Shown here: piece by piece, positions 26,876-36,444 of the stretch
Position numbering within the stretch: the first letter of the stretch is position 1
Layout: every line of letters starts with the position of its first letter
From: a bacterium
GTDB lineage: Bacteria > Armatimonadota > Chthonomonadetes > Chthonomonadales > CAJBBX01
NCBI GenBank assembly: GCA_009885735.1
Contig: VFKD01000043.1
Span: forward strand, 1-57,505
Direction: 5' to 3'
DNA: 57,505 bases
Made by a program: the position numbers and the translations under genes
The notes under the pieces: generated by a model
Databases searched by the model: none
What the model was told of the DNA's origin: nothing
The model's input: only the letters and a program-made list of their open reading frames with translations

Positions 26876-29017
26876 ATGCCGAAGTTGACAATGCTCTCTC
26901 CCCTGATCCTAGCCGCAGGCGTCCTATCCATAATCTCCAGCACAAAGGCTGAACTCGACATGAAGGCCACTCCGCCCTCCGCAATGAAGATACCCCGCAT
27001 ACGCACTCTGCACGGCGAGAAGTTCGTGGATGACTACTTCTACCTGAATGACAAGAAGAACCCGGAGGTTATCAACTACCTTAACGCCGAGAACAAATAC
27101 GCGAATACGGTATTAGCGCCCACCAAAGCCCTGCAAGCGAAACTCTACAAGGAGATTGTGGGACGCATCAAGGAGACCGACCTTGAGGTACCGGTGCTCG
27201 ACCGCGGCTACCACTACTATTCACGAACCGTGAAGGGCAAGCAGTACCCCATTCGATGCCGCCGCAAGGGAACAATGAAAGCTCCCGAGGAGATACTCCT
27301 CGACCTGAACACGATGGGCAAGGACAAAGGAAAGTTGAAGGCATTCCTGAGTGTTGGCACCTTCGCCGTGAGCGACGATGGAAATCTCCTCGCCTACTCG
27401 CTCGACACCTCGGGATTCCGAGAGTACGAACTCTACTTCAAGGACCTGAAGTCCGGGAAACAGATGAAGCAGCGCTTCGGCAAGGTGCAGCAAGTGGCAT
27501 GGTCGTCCGACAGCCGCACCGTCTTCTACGTCACCGAAGACAAGGCCAAACGAAGCTACAGAGTGTGGCGCCGACGCCTGGATGGAGCCAAAGCCGAGCT
27601 CATATACGAAGAGAAGGACGCGCTTTACAACGTCTATATCAACCGCTCTGCCGACCGAAAGGTACTCTTTCTTACCTCTGGAAGCTCCGAGACTTCGGAA
27701 GTGAGGTTCATCTCAAGCTCCAGCCCAGAGGATAAACCCAAGCTGATTGCAGCACGCAAGACTGACCGCGAATACTACGTCGATCATGCCGGAGGCATCT
27801 TCTACATTCGGGACAACAGAGACGCCAAGGACTTCAAAGTGATGCGTGCTCCCGCATCCGACTTTCGAGAGGCGAACTGGACCGAATTGGTCCCAGAGGT
27901 CAGAGGCGCGAAAATCGAGCAGATGCTCTTCCTTAGCTCTCATCTAGTGCTTTTTCGCAGGGAAAGCGCGGTACCCAAGATACTGGTGACGAATTTGAAG
28001 AGCGGCAAGTCGCATTCCGTAAAGATGCCTGAGGCAATCTACTCGGTGTTCGAGGGCGGTAACCCGGACAGTGCAAGCAAGAAGCTGCGGTTTACCTACA
28101 TGTCGTACACTACCCCCGCCTCGGTGATGGAGTATGACCTGGCTTCGCACAAGAAGACCCTCCTCAAGCGCGAGGACGTGCGCGGCGGGTATGACCCAGC
28201 TAAGTACAAGTCGGAGCTTCTTTGGGCCACTGCAAAGGACGGCACTAGAATCCCTCTCGCGATCACCTACAAGAAGACAACCAAGCCGGGACCGAACACG
28301 CCGCTGCGGCTGGATGGCTACGGCTCGTATGGAATTCCAAGCTCGCCGACATTCGGCTCTCCTCGCCTGAGCCTCCTTGATCGCGGCTTCATCATCGCTG
28401 AGGCCTATGTGCGGGGCGGCGGCGAGATGGGCGAGGAGTGGCACGACCAAGGCAAGATGAAACACAAGATGAACACGTTTACAGACTTCATCGCCTGCGC
28501 GGACTTCCTTGTGGAGAAAGGCTACTCGAGTCACGAGAAGATGTGCATGGAGGGAGGCAGCGCCGGAGGCCTACTGATGGGTGCCGTGCTCAATTTGCGG
28601 CCCGATCTCGTAAAAGCCGCACTGCTCTATGTTCCCTTCGTCGATGTGATCAACACCATGCTGGATGAGAGCCTTCCGCTCACCGTGGGCGAGTTCCTGG
28701 AGTGGGGCAACCCCAAGGTAAAGGAGCAGTACGAGTGGATCGCTGAGTACAGCCCCTATGACAATCTTGAGGACAAATCGTATCCGGCCATGCTGGTGCG
28801 CACCTCTCTCAATGACAGTCAGGTGCTGTTTCACGAACCTGCGAAGTACGTCGCCAAGATGCGAACGATGAGAGCCGACCCGAACCCCCTTCTCTTCCTG
28901 TGCAACATGAATGCAGGCCACGGAGGCTCTTCGGGACGTTACGACAAGTACAAGGAGACCGCGACAGACTACGCATTTCTGCTCACCACTTTGGGCGTGG
29001 AGAAGGCGACCCGCTGA
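26876..29017 (+). CDS. ptrB: Oligopeptidase B / prolyl oligopeptidase family S9A (secreted)
   Basis: Start at MPKLTMLSPLILAAG (signal-like). HGEKFVDDYFYLNDKKNPEVINYLNAEN N-terminus, catalytic GGSAGGLLMG, and the C-terminal His in AGHGG. Confidence 0.88.
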   Translation: MPKLTMLSPLILAAGVLSIISSTKAELDMKATPPSAMKIPRIRTLHGEKFVDDYFYLNDKKNPEVINYLNAENKYANTVLAPTKALQAKLYKEIVGRIKETDLEVPVLDRGYHYYSRTVKGKQYPIRCRRKGTMKAPEEILLDLNTMGKDKGKLKAFLSVGTFAVSDDGNLLAYSLDTSGFREYELYFKDLKSGKQMKQRFGKVQQVAWSSDSRTVFYVTEDKAKRSYRVWRRRLDGAKAELIYEEKDALYNVYINRSADRKVLFLTSGSSETSEVRFISSSSPEDKPKLIAARKTDREYYVDHAGGIFYIRDNRDAKDFKVMRAPASDFREANWTELVPEVRGAKIEQMLFLSSHLVLFRRESAVPKILVTNLKSGKSHSVKMPEAIYSVFEGGNPDSASKKLRFTYMSYTTPASVMEYDLASHKKTLLKREDVRGGYDPAKYKSELLWATAKDGTRIPLAITYKKTTKPGPNTPLRLDGYGSYGIPSSPTFGSPRLSLLDRGFIIAEAYVRGGGEMGEEWHDQGKMKHKMNTFTDFIACADFLVEKGYSSHEKMCMEGGSAGGLLMGAVLNLRPDLVKAALLYVPFVDVINTMLDESLPLTVGEFLEWGNPKVKEQYEWIAEYSPYDNLEDKSYPAMLVRTSLNDSQVLFHEPAKYVAKMRTMRADPNPLLFLCNMNAGHGGSSGRYDKYKETATDYAFLLTTLGVEKATR

Positions 29018-30288
29018 CCGGCGCCGATCTGCAGGCGCAGCAGGCCTCCAAACAGAAGGTCATTGTGATCGGCGGCGGCGCCGCAGGAATCATCGCGGCA
29101 TGGCGGGCTGCCTCGCTCGGCGCCGAAGTGACGCTCATCGAGAAGAACGAGCGGCTTGGCATCAAGATCCTCATCTCCGGCGGCGGAAAGTGCAATATCA
29201 CCCATGACGCCTCAGTGGAAGAGACGCTTAAAGCGTTTCGGCCCAATGAGGCGAGGTTTCTGCGTCCGTCGATGTACCGGTTTACCAAGGACGATGTGCT
29301 GCAGCTCGTGTGCCGGCAAGGGCTGGAGGTCTACACCCGGCCGGATGGCCGCATCTTTCCGACAAACGGCACGGCGAAGGACGTGGTGGCGGCCCTGTCC
29401 ACATTACTCTCTGAGACGGGCGTGAGTGTCTGGACGTCGAACCCAGTCTCAGCAATATGCAGTGCAGAAGGGCGAGTGTCGGGAGTAAAGCATGCGGGAG
29501 GGGAACTGACCGCGGACCGCGTCATCATCGCGGTCGGCGGAAGTTCCTATCCGGCAACAGGCACCACCGGCGACGGGTTCAAGTGGGCACGGGAGATGGG
29601 CCACACCGTGGTGCGCGTCCGTCCCGCGCTTGCCCCACTGATCCTCGACCCGGTTCCCGCTGCCGGCTGGGCAGGCATCTCTCTTCGCGACATTCTTCTG
29701 AAGGCGCGTAACGCCAAGCATGTGGTGGCCCGCTGGAGGGGCGATATGCTCTTCACCCACAAGGGCATCTCGGGTCCAACTGTTTTGGGAATAACCCGAG
29801 AGGTTGCGGAGGCGCTTGATGCAGGACCGATACATGTCGTCGCGGACCTCGTGCCGGATGAAACGTTCGAAGCGCTGAACGAACGCATCAAGACCTGGTG
29901 CAGCCTCAATCCGCGCAAGAGGCTTGCTGGTCTAGTAGACGGAGTTGTCGCGGCCCGAATGGTTGAAAGTGTGCTTGAGTACGCGGGCGTTTCGCCGGAC
30001 ACTGCCGGAGCCTATCTGGAGCGGTCTGCGCGCAGCAGGCTCGTCGAGGTCCTCAAGGCTTACCCGCTCGGACGGGTACACCAAGTCCCAATCGAGAAAG
30101 GCGAGGTAGTGGCGGGTGGTGTCTCGCTAGACGAGGTGGACCCGCGAACGATGGAATCGCGACGGATACGGGGCCTCTTCCTGTGCGGAGAGGTGCTGGA
30201 CATCGCAGGTCCAGTGGGCGGGTACAACCTGCAGGCAGCCTTCTCTACCGGCTATGTCGCCGGCGATTCGGCAGCGAGTCCTGTGTAG
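29014..30288 (+). CDS. HI0933/BaiN-like NAD(P)/FAD-dependent oxidoreductase (start codon unresolved)
   Basis: KVIVIGGGAAGIIAA Rossmann motif and GGGKCNITH. There is no ATG between the upstream stop (29017) and the GxGxxG motif. Candidate starts are CTG 29014, CTG 29029 and GTG 29065. The ATG at 28900 would overlap ptrB by 118 nt. Confidence 0.8.
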   Translation: MTGADLQAQQASKQKVIVIGGGAAGIIAAWRAASLGAEVTLIEKNERLGIKILISGGGKCNITHDASVEETLKAFRPNEARFLRPSMYRFTKDDVLQLVCRQGLEVYTRPDGRIFPTNGTAKDVVAALSTLLSETGVSVWTSNPVSAICSAEGRVSGVKHAGGELTADRVIIAVGGSSYPATGTTGDGFKWAREMGHTVVRVRPALAPLILDPVPAAGWAGISLRDILLKARNAKHVVARWRGDMLFTHKGISGPTVLGITREVAEALDAGPIHVVADLVPDETFEALNERIKTWCSLNPRKRLAGLVDGVVAARMVESVLEYAGVSPDTAGAYLERSARSRLVEVLKAYPLGRVHQVPIEKGEVVAGGVSLDEVDPRTMESRRIRGLFLCGEVLDIAGPVGGYNLQAAFSTGYVAGDSAASPV

Positions 30289-30304
30289 GCGGACAAGGCT
30301 GCTC

Positions 30305-30333
30305 TTTACTGTCGGAACTGTCGCAAGTATAAT
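30305..30333 (+). promoter_or_regulatory. Sigma70-like promoter positioned for a leaderless GNAT mRNA
   Basis: TTTACT (30305..30310), a 17-nt spacer and TATAAT (30328..30333). The ATG at 30341 lies 7 nt after the -10 box. Confidence 0.4.
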
Positions 30334-30340
30334 GGCGATC

Positions 30341-30871
30341 ATGAACTTGGAGACTGCCCGGCTGATTCTTCGACCCTTCGAAACCGCTGACGCAGTTGCA
30401 GTCCAGAGCTACGCGAAGGACAGGCGTACGACTCGCTATATGAAGTGGGGACCAAACTCGCCGCGACAGACACTGTTCTTCCTCAATAGGGCTCAAGCGA
30501 CTGCGCGCGAGACGCCACGCCTTGAGTTTGATTCGGCGATAATCCTTCGCGAGACTAACGAACTTATCGGAGGCTGTGGCATCTACATCCGCTCGGTCGA
30601 CCACAAGGAGGCGGAGCTGGGCTACTGCTTGCGACGGGATATGTGGGGGCAGGGAATAATCCCCGAAGCTGCAACCAGATTGTTGGAGTTCGGCTTCGGC
30701 GAACTTTGCCTGCATCGCATCTTTGCCCGCTGCCACGTCAAGAACACGGCGTCCGCGCGCGTAATGGAGAAGATTGGAATGCAGTACGAAGGCGTAATGA
30801 GAGGCTCTCGATTCATCAAGGGCGCATGGTGGGACTTCAAGCTGTACGCGGTGCTGGAAAGCGATAGGTAG
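30341..30871 (+). CDS. GNAT N-acetyltransferase (RimJ/RimL-like)
   Basis: MNLETARLILRPFETADA is a typical N-terminus. YCLRRDMWGQGI and HRIFARCHVKNTASARVMEKIGM motifs. Confidence 0.85.
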   Translation: MNLETARLILRPFETADAVAVQSYAKDRRTTRYMKWGPNSPRQTLFFLNRAQATARETPRLEFDSAIILRETNELIGGCGIYIRSVDHKEAELGYCLRRDMWGQGIIPEAATRLLEFGFGELCLHRIFARCHVKNTASARVMEKIGMQYEGVMRGSRFIKGAWWDFKLYAVLESDR

Positions 30872-30875
30872 GATC

Positions 30876-31592
30876 GTGCAGGTTCCCAGCTCGCGCTCCG
30901 CGGCCGCTCTTGCCGCCTTGCTGTTTGTCGGCATAGCCGGCGGACTGCTCTACTTCGTTTCCGTTGGTCGCAGGGCTGAGAGCGGGCTCCGCATCACGGG
31001 CCGAGCCCTGCCCGCCGCAACGACCACCGCAGCCGCGCCTTCGCCGCCGACTTCTGCTGAGAAGAGCTCGCCTGGTGGTGAAGCTCCCGCAGAGATTGCG
31101 GTTCACATCGCAGGTGCAGTCATGAAGCCGGGTGTTTATCGCCTCAAACCCGGCGCTCGCAACGAGGATGCGCTCAAGGCGGCGGGCGGCGCCAAGGCCC
31201 AGGCAAATCTTGATGCAGTGAACCTTGCCGCGAAGGTGGAGGACGGCGCGCAGCTCTATTTCCCCACCAAGGAGGAGCAGCCGGGAGGGGCGGTGGATTC
31301 TGCGTCGAGTGGCGTGGGCTCGTTTGGCAAAGGCGCATCCAACCCATCTAGCCCAGCAAGTGCTGCGGCAGGCGGGAAGTTCACCACGCCTGGGCAAGGA
31401 ACCATCAACATCAACTCCGCTGGAGAGGCCGACCTGCAGCGACTGCCTGGAATTGGACCAGCAACTGCAGCCCGGATACTGGCGCACCGAAAGCAGAACG
31501 GCCCATTTACCGCGCCGGAGCAGCTTACTGACGTCAGCGGCATCGGCGAGAAGAAGCTGGCAGCGATGCTGCCCTTCGTGCGGGTGAAGTGA
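30876..31592 (+). CDS. comEA: ComEA-family DNA-binding protein
   Basis: Membrane anchor, SLBB-like segment (VHIAGAVMKPGVYRL) and a C-terminal double helix-hairpin-helix (INSAGEADLQRLPGIGPATAARIL...VSGIGEKKL). Confidence 0.85.
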   Translation: MQVPSSRSAAALAALLFVGIAGGLLYFVSVGRRAESGLRITGRALPAATTTAAAPSPPTSAEKSSPGGEAPAEIAVHIAGAVMKPGVYRLKPGARNEDALKAAGGAKAQANLDAVNLAAKVEDGAQLYFPTKEEQPGGAVDSASSGVGSFGKGASNPSSPASAAAGGKFTTPGQGTININSAGEADLQRLPGIGPATAARILAHRKQNGPFTAPEQLTDVSGIGEKKLAAMLPFVRVK

Positions 31593-31677
31593 TGCGACAC
31601 TGGGTAACTGCGGGCCGCCGAAGTGAATACTACACTTATGAACCTCGATAGACCGCGACTTTCGACGAGCGAACCCA

Positions 31678-32514
31678 ATGCTTAACCTTGAGAGGAGAGC
31701 GTGCCCGTCTTGCTCCGCCGATTGCCTGGGAGCGGAGCAGACCTGCTGGCAGTGCGGCGGCAGGCTTGATGGTCCTGACAAGCCGGAGTTGCAGCCAAAC
31801 GCAGATGCACCGAACCAATTTGACGAGCTCATCAACTTTAGCGACCTCGCGCCTGCTCCTCCCGCGCCTGTGGTGGAATCTCGAACCAAGAGGCTGATGC
31901 GCACGCTCACGGGCGAGACGATAGAGATTGAAGCTCCAGAGGAGCAGGGCCAAATCATCGCGGCGGAGATTGGCAAGTCGACCCTCTCCACCACGCTCAC
32001 GGGTCCGGTAATGCGCCTCACCTTCTGCAAGAGCTGCGGCCAGCAGAACGACGAGAACGCCGTTGACTGCCGAAAGTGCAAAACGACCCTGGAGGTGGTG
32101 GAGGCTGATTCTGTCCCAGAGATCCAGAAGCTCCCGCGCTACTGGCCGTTCGACCTACTGGGCAGTGTCTGGATACTTCTCGGATTCGCTGCGATATACT
32201 GCGGTCGGTTTCTCGTGAAGGCGACTGATGAAGCCGACACGACGCTATCGGACTACTTCTGGACTGGGGTGGTGGCCTGCGCGCCAGGCATATTCATCGT
32301 GCTGCGGCACTACTTCTGCAAGCCCCTCTTCTGGACGATGACGCTTGGATCCGCCCTGGTTTGGTCTGTAATCATCTTCATCTGGGCAATTGGCCACCTG
32401 CATGTGTCCGACAACGGTCAAGTGGGCCTCATGTGGCTGGCCTCTTTGAGCGTCCTCTCGCTGGTAAGCTACTTCACCGTTCGGCAGAACGACGCATTCG
32501 ACGCGGGCCACTAG
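31678..32514 (+). CDS. Zinc-ribbon membrane protein (hypothetical)
   Basis: Two CxxC...CxxC ribbons (CPSCS..CWQCG and CKSCG..CRKCK) followed by about 4 predicted TM helices. Confidence 0.55.
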   Translation: MLNLERRACPSCSADCLGAEQTCWQCGGRLDGPDKPELQPNADAPNQFDELINFSDLAPAPPAPVVESRTKRLMRTLTGETIEIEAPEEQGQIIAAEIGKSTLSTTLTGPVMRLTFCKSCGQQNDENAVDCRKCKTTLEVVEADSVPEIQKLPRYWPFDLLGSVWILLGFAAIYCGRFLVKATDEADTTLSDYFWTGVVACAPGIFIVLRHYFCKPLFWTMTLGSALVWSVIIFIWAIGHLHVSDNGQVGLMWLASLSVLSLVSYFTVRQNDAFDAGH

Positions 32515-32529
32515 ACCGCGGCGGGTACA

Positions 32530-32805
32530 ATGCGTGTACGCGATTTGGGCATCACGTGCCATACCTGCCGGTCCTACAATCAGGTTGATCGACACTGCTT
32601 GGTTGGAAAGGCGAACCCACAGCGCAAGCTCGATGCGATTAGCCTCGCCGAAACGCTGGGACCGAACTCCCTCTGCCTCCACAACCGCTATCGCGAACCG
32701 CTGCTCCTCAGAATGCATCGGCCGAAGGAGCGCTTTGTGTGGCCCGCTCCGCTTGTGCGGTCGCTAAGGGTAGAGGTTGATGTCGAGATCATCGAAGATG
32801 AATAA
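32530..32805 (+). CDS. Small hypothetical protein
   Basis: 91-aa ORF with an acidic C-terminus. No family recognised. Confidence 0.3.
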   Translation: MRVRDLGITCHTCRSYNQVDRHCLVGKANPQRKLDAISLAETLGPNSLCLHNRYREPLLLRMHRPKERFVWPAPLVRSLRVEVDVEIIEDE

Positions 32806-32826
32806 TACAAGGGGACTTCCATTCAC

Positions 32827-33282
32827 ATGTCAAACCGCACAGCCGTTGTAGAGACGAGCAAGGGAACCATTCGCTTCGAGCTGGATGAAGCAGGCGCGCC
32901 TATCACCACCGCAAACTTCATCGCATTGGCGGAGAGCGGATTCTATAACGGGCTCAAGTTCCACCGCTACGTATCAGGTTTCGTCATTCAGGGCGGCTGT
33001 CCGCAGGGTACCGGCACCGGAAACGCAGGCAAGCAGATCAAACTCGAGACGAAGGGCAAGTTCAAGCACGACACCGCGGGCACGGTGGCCATGGCGCGTT
33101 CGCCAGAGCCGGATTCGGCCTCCTGCCAGTTCTACTTCACGCTGGCCCCAGCCACGTTCCTGGATGCCGAGAATGCCCAGGATGGGTTTGGCTATGCAGC
33201 ATTCGGCAAGGTGAACGAGGGATTGGAAGCTGTGCTCGCCCTCCGGAAGGGCGACACGATAACCACGGTAAGCGTGGAGTAG
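32827..33282 (+). CDS. Peptidyl-prolyl cis-trans isomerase, cyclophilin type
   Basis: [21 protein letters not shown] and SQFYFTL-like (CQFYFTL) motifs. 151 aa. Confidence 0.93.
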   Translation: MSNRTAVVETSKGTIRFELDEAGAPITTANFIALAESGFYNGLKFHRYVSGFVIQGGCPQGTGTGNAGKQIKLETKGKFKHDTAGTVAMARSPEPDSASCQFYFTLAPATFLDAENAQDGFGYAAFGKVNEGLEAVLALRKGDTITTVSVE

Positions 33283-33410
33283 CGCCAAAGAGTGGTCGCG
33301 TAGATCCTCACGATTGACGCCGCGCATCAAGGATGAACCACACCTGGACAAAGTCGCCGAGCAACTAAATGACAAATTCGCTGAGCAGTTACACTGGAGT
33401 TGGCGCAGGC

Positions 33411-33439
33411 TTGACGAAATCCTATATCACCACTATACT
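33411..33439 (+). promoter_or_regulatory. Sigma70-like promoter positioned for a leaderless abiEi mRNA
   Basis: TTGACG (33411..33416), a 17-nt spacer and TATACT (33434..33439). The ATG at 33447 lies 7 nt after the -10 box. The surrounding stretch is AT-rich. Confidence 0.45.
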
Positions 33440-33446
33440 CTGATAT

Positions 33447-34079
33447 ATGAGTTCAGCATACAATCGAATACGATCGGAGGACCCAGCCCACGAGGCGCTG
33501 GAGGCGCTGCGCCGACGCGGCGGGCTCGCTCGCACGGGTGACCTGGCGCGCGAGGGAATCCGAGCGTCCACACTCACCGCCCTGTGGCGGGAAGGTCGTC
33601 TCATTCGGATTAAGGCGGGACTCTATCAGCTCCCGGACTCGCTCGCCGAGGAACATGCCGCGCTGCTGCAGGCGGCTCTCGCCGTGCCGGATGGCGTGAT
33701 CTGTCTGATATCCGCTCTGGACTACTACGGCCTCACGGACGCCAACCCGGAGGCAGTGTTCATCGCAATTCTCATGGGTGGGTGGGCGCCGAAGGTTATC
33801 GAACCCCCGGTACGGTTTGTCCGTTTTCGATCTCGGCTGTTCGACATGGAGATCTGTCGGGAGGAGATCGGCGGACGATCGGTCCGGATATACTCGCCCG
33901 AGAAGACTCTCTGTGACTGCCTCCGGCTGCCGGAGATTGTAGGGCTGGACATTACACTGGCTGCTCTTCGCCGCTATCTGGGGTCGCCGGAAGCAAATCG
34001 GAGCCGCCTAATGGAAGTGGCGCAGGCGTGCAGGGTCGAGCGCCGCCTGCGCCCTTATGTGGAGGCCATGGATGGCTGA
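33447..34079 (+). CDS. abiEi: AbiEi-family type IV antitoxin (winged-helix regulator)
   Basis: N-terminal transcriptional-regulator-like domain (LARTGDLAREGIRASTLTALWREGRLIRIKAGLYQL). The size and its pairing with a DUF1814 nucleotidyltransferase match AbiEi. Confidence 0.75.
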   Translation: MSSAYNRIRSEDPAHEALEALRRRGGLARTGDLAREGIRASTLTALWREGRLIRIKAGLYQLPDSLAEEHAALLQAALAVPDGVICLISALDYYGLTDANPEAVFIAILMGGWAPKVIEPPVRFVRFRSRLFDMEICREEIGGRSVRIYSPEKTLCDCLRLPEIVGLDITLAALRRYLGSPEANRSRLMEVAQACRVERRLRPYVEAMDG

Positions 34080-35037
34080 CCATGGTGGTGATCAGGAGGA
34101 TCGACCGCAAACAGCCGCTGCGCGGGCTATGTCGGTTCGGGACCGCCTGCTCAATCTCGCTCGCGGTCAGGGCGTGCCCTACAACACGCTGCTGCGCCGT
34201 TTCCTGGGGGAGAGGTTTCTCTGGCGGCTGGCTCAGTCACCCTTTCAGGACGAGTTCATCTTGAAGGGTGCCTTCCGGTTGGTTGCCCGCAGCACAAGCT
34301 GGGCACGCGCAACCCGCGACATCGACCTACTGGGCAGCGGCGCATCCGACCCGGAACGGCTCGCGGCGATTTTCCGTGAGATTTGCATGGTGGAAGTTGA
34401 TGCCGAAGATGCCGCCCGTTTCGATCCGGAGACCGTGCAGGCAGTCGCGATCATAGAGGGAGCGGAATATGGCGGGATCCGCGTAACTCTGACCGCGTAT
34501 CTGGGCACGGCACGCGAGCGGATTCAGGTCGATATAGGCTTTGGTGATGCGGTTACACCGTCGCCCGAATCCCTCCAGGTGCCCTCACTCCTGCCGGGCA
34601 TGCCGATGGCTCAACTTCGGGCGTACAATGACGTAACGACCGTCGCCGAGAAGTTCCAGGCGATGGTTAAGCTGGGACCGACGAATAGCCGCATGAAAGA
34701 CTTCTACGATCTCTATCGATTCGCCACTACAACGGAGTTCGATGGCCGGCTGCTGGGAGAAGCGATCCGGAGGACCTTCGAGAGGCGTGCAACTGCATTT
34801 CACGAAAGCGAGGCGACTTTGGCGCCGGCGTTTCGGCTGATCCCTGGCAAGCAGACGCAGTGGGTGGCATTCCGCAGGTCTCTCGGCGTGGCAGCGATGG
34901 AGGTTCCGGAAGAGTTTGCGGAATTGGTCGCCACGATTCAAGGATTCCTGTGTCCGGTTCACCTCGCGTGCCGACAACAAAAGCCGCTGAGCCTGGGCTG
35001 GAATCCAGAGGCTCGTTTGTGGGAAGTCGAACTGTAG
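34072..35037 (+). CDS. abiEii: AbiEii/AbiGii-family nucleotidyltransferase toxin (DUF1814)
   Basis: ERFLWRLAQSPF, FILKGAF, TRDIDLLG and KFQAMV motifs. The ATG at 34072 has GGAGG 6 nt upstream and overlaps the abiEi stop by 8 nt. Confidence 0.82.
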   Translation: MADHGGDQEDRPQTAAARAMSVRDRLLNLARGQGVPYNTLLRRFLGERFLWRLAQSPFQDEFILKGAFRLVARSTSWARATRDIDLLGSGASDPERLAAIFREICMVEVDAEDAARFDPETVQAVAIIEGAEYGGIRVTLTAYLGTARERIQVDIGFGDAVTPSPESLQVPSLLPGMPMAQLRAYNDVTTVAEKFQAMVKLGPTNSRMKDFYDLYRFATTTEFDGRLLGEAIRRTFERRATAFHESEATLAPAFRLIPGKQTQWVAFRRSLGVAAMEVPEEFAELVATIQGFLCPVHLACRQQKPLSLGWNPEARLWEVEL

Positions 35038-35104
35038 GCTGCAGCTCGTCAGTATGTCTCGTCACCGCTAACCACGTGGGACGGCCCGCAAGAAAGGCAC
35101 GCAC

Positions 35105-35410
35105 ATGAGTTCTGTAACTTCGGAGTCTGTCCGCAGAGAGTTGGCCGATGCTCTTCGGATCGACCTGGTGGGTCCGAACAACGACCATGCGTTTGCCCGC
35201 GAACTGGTGCCCGAGCCGCCCTCGCGCTGGTATCTTACCGGTTTTCTGGTTCCATCCGGCGCATCACTCGAGCGCCGTTCCGATCCTACATCGCAGGAGG
35301 AGCTAGACCTTGCCGGCGAACTCGGGGTGTCGCGACGAATGCGATTGCGGGGAACCATATCTCCGGCCCTGACTGCACGACGCGATCTTAGGCGTGCCGG
35401 TACGGGTTGA
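35105..35410 (+). pseudogene. Possible 5' remnant of a large defence-type helicase gene
   Basis: The first 55 or so residues (RIDLVGPNNDHAFARELVPEPPSRWYLTGFLVP) resemble, from memory, the N-terminus of large helicase-like defence proteins. The remainder is Arg-rich low complexity, and the frame ends just before cysM. Confidence 0.2.
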
Positions 35411-35469
35411 CTGTCAATGGGTGTTGAGCCCCTGCCCGTTCCTGACAAATGCTATACTTTTGGTCAGGA

Positions 35470-36444
35470 ATGACCGCGATGACACTGCCGGAACCCAAGC
35501 TGAGCCCGCCGAGCGTGCGCACGGCTGAGCTCTCGATCGTTGAGCTGATCGGCAACACCCCGCTTCTGAAACTGCGCAAGATCGTGCCCGCCAATCCGCG
35601 CGTCGAGATTCTCGCGAAGGCCGAGTGGTACAACCCCGGCGGCTCTATCAAGGATCGTCCCGCGTGGAACATTATCCAGGAGGCCGAGCGCTCCGGCAGG
35701 CTGACTCCGGACAAGACCATCCTGGACGCCACAAGCGGCAACACCGGCATCGCCTATGCAATGATCGGCGCAGCCTGCGGGTACCGGGTTACTCTGTGCC
35801 TTCCGTTGAACGCCAACGAGGAGCGCAAGAGCCTTCTGCGCGCTTTCGGCGCGGAGCTTGTCCTCACGGACCCCAGGCAGAGCTCCGACGGCGCTATTCT
35901 GAAGGCACGGGAACTCTTTGCCGCGAATCCGGATAGATACTTCTACGCGGACCAGTACAATAATCCTGCCAACTGGCAGGCGCACTATGCGTCGACAGGA
36001 CTCGAAATCTGGCGACAAACCGGCGGGCGCATCACGCACTTTGTTGCCGGCCTCGGCACCAGCGGGACGTTCATGGGAGTGGGCCGGTACCTGAGGCATG
36101 TCGCTCCTCACGTAAAGCTCGTTTCGATGCAGCCCGATTCGCCGTTTCACGGCCTTGAGGGCATGAAGCACATGGAGACGGCAATTGTTCCCGGCATCTA
36201 CGAACCGTCCCTTGCCGACAGCGCATTGGAGGTGGGCACGGAGGATGCGCACACCATGGTGAAGCGCCTCGCGCGGGAGGAGGGAGTGCTTGTGGGCATC
36301 TCGTCCGCTGCGAACCTGGTGGCGTCACTGAAGTTGGCTGAGACTCTGGACGAGGGCGTTATCGTGACGATCTTCTGCGACAATGGCGACCGCTATCTGT
36401 CGGACAGGTTCTGGGAGGAGGAGACCGGTGATCCGGCTATCTGA
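35470..36444 (+). CDS. cysM: Cysteine synthase, PLP-dependent (CysM-like)
   Basis: NPGGSIKDRPA (PLP lysine), TSGNTGIAYA and GLGTSGTFMG motifs. The start could be ATG 35449, 35470 or 35479. Confidence 0.9.
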   Translation: MTAMTLPEPKLSPPSVRTAELSIVELIGNTPLLKLRKIVPANPRVEILAKAEWYNPGGSIKDRPAWNIIQEAERSGRLTPDKTILDATSGNTGIAYAMIGAACGYRVTLCLPLNANEERKSLLRAFGAELVLTDPRQSSDGAILKARELFAANPDRYFYADQYNNPANWQAHYASTGLEIWRQTGGRITHFVAGLGTSGTFMGVGRYLRHVAPHVKLVSMQPDSPFHGLEGMKHMETAIVPGIYEPSLADSALEVGTEDAHTMVKRLAREEGVLVGISSAANLVASLKLAETLDEGVIVTIFCDNGDRYLSDRFWEEETGDPAI

